64,000 nucleotides of DNA from Sminthopsis crassicaudata (taxonomy: Eukaryota): contig NC_133618.1 in NCBI RefSeq assembly GCF_048593235.1, forward strand, positions 534,474,465-534,538,464, in the 5' to 3' direction. Made by a program: the position numbers and the translations under genes. Shown one piece after another: positions 63,022 to 64,000 of this stretch (positions within the stretch are counted from its first letter, which is position 1; the number at the start of each line of letters is the position of its first letter). A model generated the notes under the pieces. That model saw only the letters and a list, made by a program, of their open reading frames with translations. It was not told the DNA's origin and did not search any database.

Positions 63022-63683
63022 AAAGTATCTTCCTCTAAAGATGAATCCTGGTCTTCCCTGTTCCCACAATATGTTTCTTCTTTACCGATTCATTTTTAAA
63101 AAAAAATACCAAATGGTATTAGTGTAAGCACCTCAAAAGGGGATGGTAACTCAAGCTTCCCTTCAGCCCTCCATTCTGACCAGGAACTCCAAATCAAGAG
63201 CTCCACTCTCCTGCAAGTGCCCACAGTCAGCAGCATTCCTGATCAATGCCTCTGCACTCACCTGGTGCTGGTTCCTTCTGGCCGAGGGCTGTGTCTCAGC
63301 TGCACAGCTGGATGCTTCGTGCCCTACCCCTTAATGTTCTCCAGACTCAAATCCCAATCCACAAACAGTCTAGGAGGTGAAAGTTTCTGTGGTTCTTGCT
63401 GAGGCTCCAGCCACACCCATCTAGCCTGAGGGGTCCCTATTTGACTCTTCTGCTTAGCTAGCCCAGAGCTGTTCGCACTTCAGACAAGTTAGTCCCCAGC
63501 CCTGAGTCTTTCTTCATTTCTTCTGGGATTGTATCAATTGGAGCCCTATTCTGCTCCAACTCTTCTTGATTTTTCACCAGTCTGTGTTTGCCTTGAGGGG
63601 CAAATTCATTCTCTTTGTGGGGGAAATCAGGAGAGCTTAAAGTTTACAAACCTATTCAGCCATCTTCCCAGACTCCTCCCCCC
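61302..63683 (-). mobile_element. Full-length ORF1-only (HAL1-like) retroelement
   Basis: 5' end GGAGTCTGGGAAGATGGCTGAATAGG at about 63676; ORF1 motifs DLENRSRRENKRIIGL (about 62620-62670) and KISYPAKL (about 62265-62290); about 850 bp 3' region without EN/RT motifs; AATAAA plus poly(A); TSD TTGCCTCT at 61294-61301 and 63684-63691. Confidence 0.82.
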
Positions 63684-64000
63684 TTGCCTCTGTTTTCATG
63701 ATTTTATTACATCACTCACATTTCTTTTCAGTATTTCTTCTACCTCTCTTACTTGATTTTCAAAATCATTTTTGAGCTCTTTCATGATTGGAGACCAGTT
63801 TATATTTTTCTTAAAGGCTTTGGATGTTGTACCTTTGATTTTGTTACCTTCTGAGTGTGTGTTCTGATCTTTCTTGTCACCCTAGTAACATTCTATGTTC
63901 AGAATTTTTTTCTGTTGTTTACTCATTTTCTCCTCCTATTACTTGATTTTTAACTGTTTATTAAAGTAGGGCTCTGTTTCCAGGGAAGAAGGTGCATTGT

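Larger units (their letters stand above)
57235..64000 (-). mobile_element. Host L1: ORF1, spacer, ORF2 almost wholly deleted, 3' UTR; carries two nested insertions and runs off the window edge
   Basis: 3' UTR/ORF2 tail at 57235-57610 and 59081-59803; ORF2 start at about 59814-59843; ORF1 C-terminus ELGLQPRIIYPAK at about 60530-60575; ORF1 resumes after 63691. Confidence 0.8.

Overview
This is non-coding, repeat-dense marsupial genomic DNA with two N gaps. Young WSINE1-type SINEs, Mar1-type SINEs, RTE LINEs and marsupial-style L1 3' ends point to an Australian marsupial, probably a dasyurid (inference). I could not identify any host protein-coding exon, tRNA, rRNA or known miRNA. The long ORFs in the track come from low-complexity tracts, N runs or retroelement fossils. 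The window is a layered retroelement fossil record (L2, L3/CR1, MIR, Mar1, WSINE1, RTE, L1) interleaved with several CpG- and motif-rich unique blocks that look like enhancers in a large intron or gene desert. Best find: about 1 kb (32670-33694) of a Dong/R4-clade non-LTR retrotransposon. The end of the RT region, the CCHC zinc-knuckle region, the PD-(D/E)xK restriction-like endonuclease and an (AAT)n-like tail are still readable across frameshifts; this LINE class is rare in mammals. Other highlights: a full-length ORF1-only HAL1-like element with a TSD nested in an ORF2-deleted L1; a probable L1 3' transduction with a 15-bp TSD; a near-complete RTE; a decayed palindrome with 37-bp arms; a templated insertion with flanking microhomology; and a CpG-retaining MIR in a CpG-island-like patch. 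Repeat family names come from my recognition of consensus motifs, not from a database search, and element boundaries are approximate unless a TSD is quoted.
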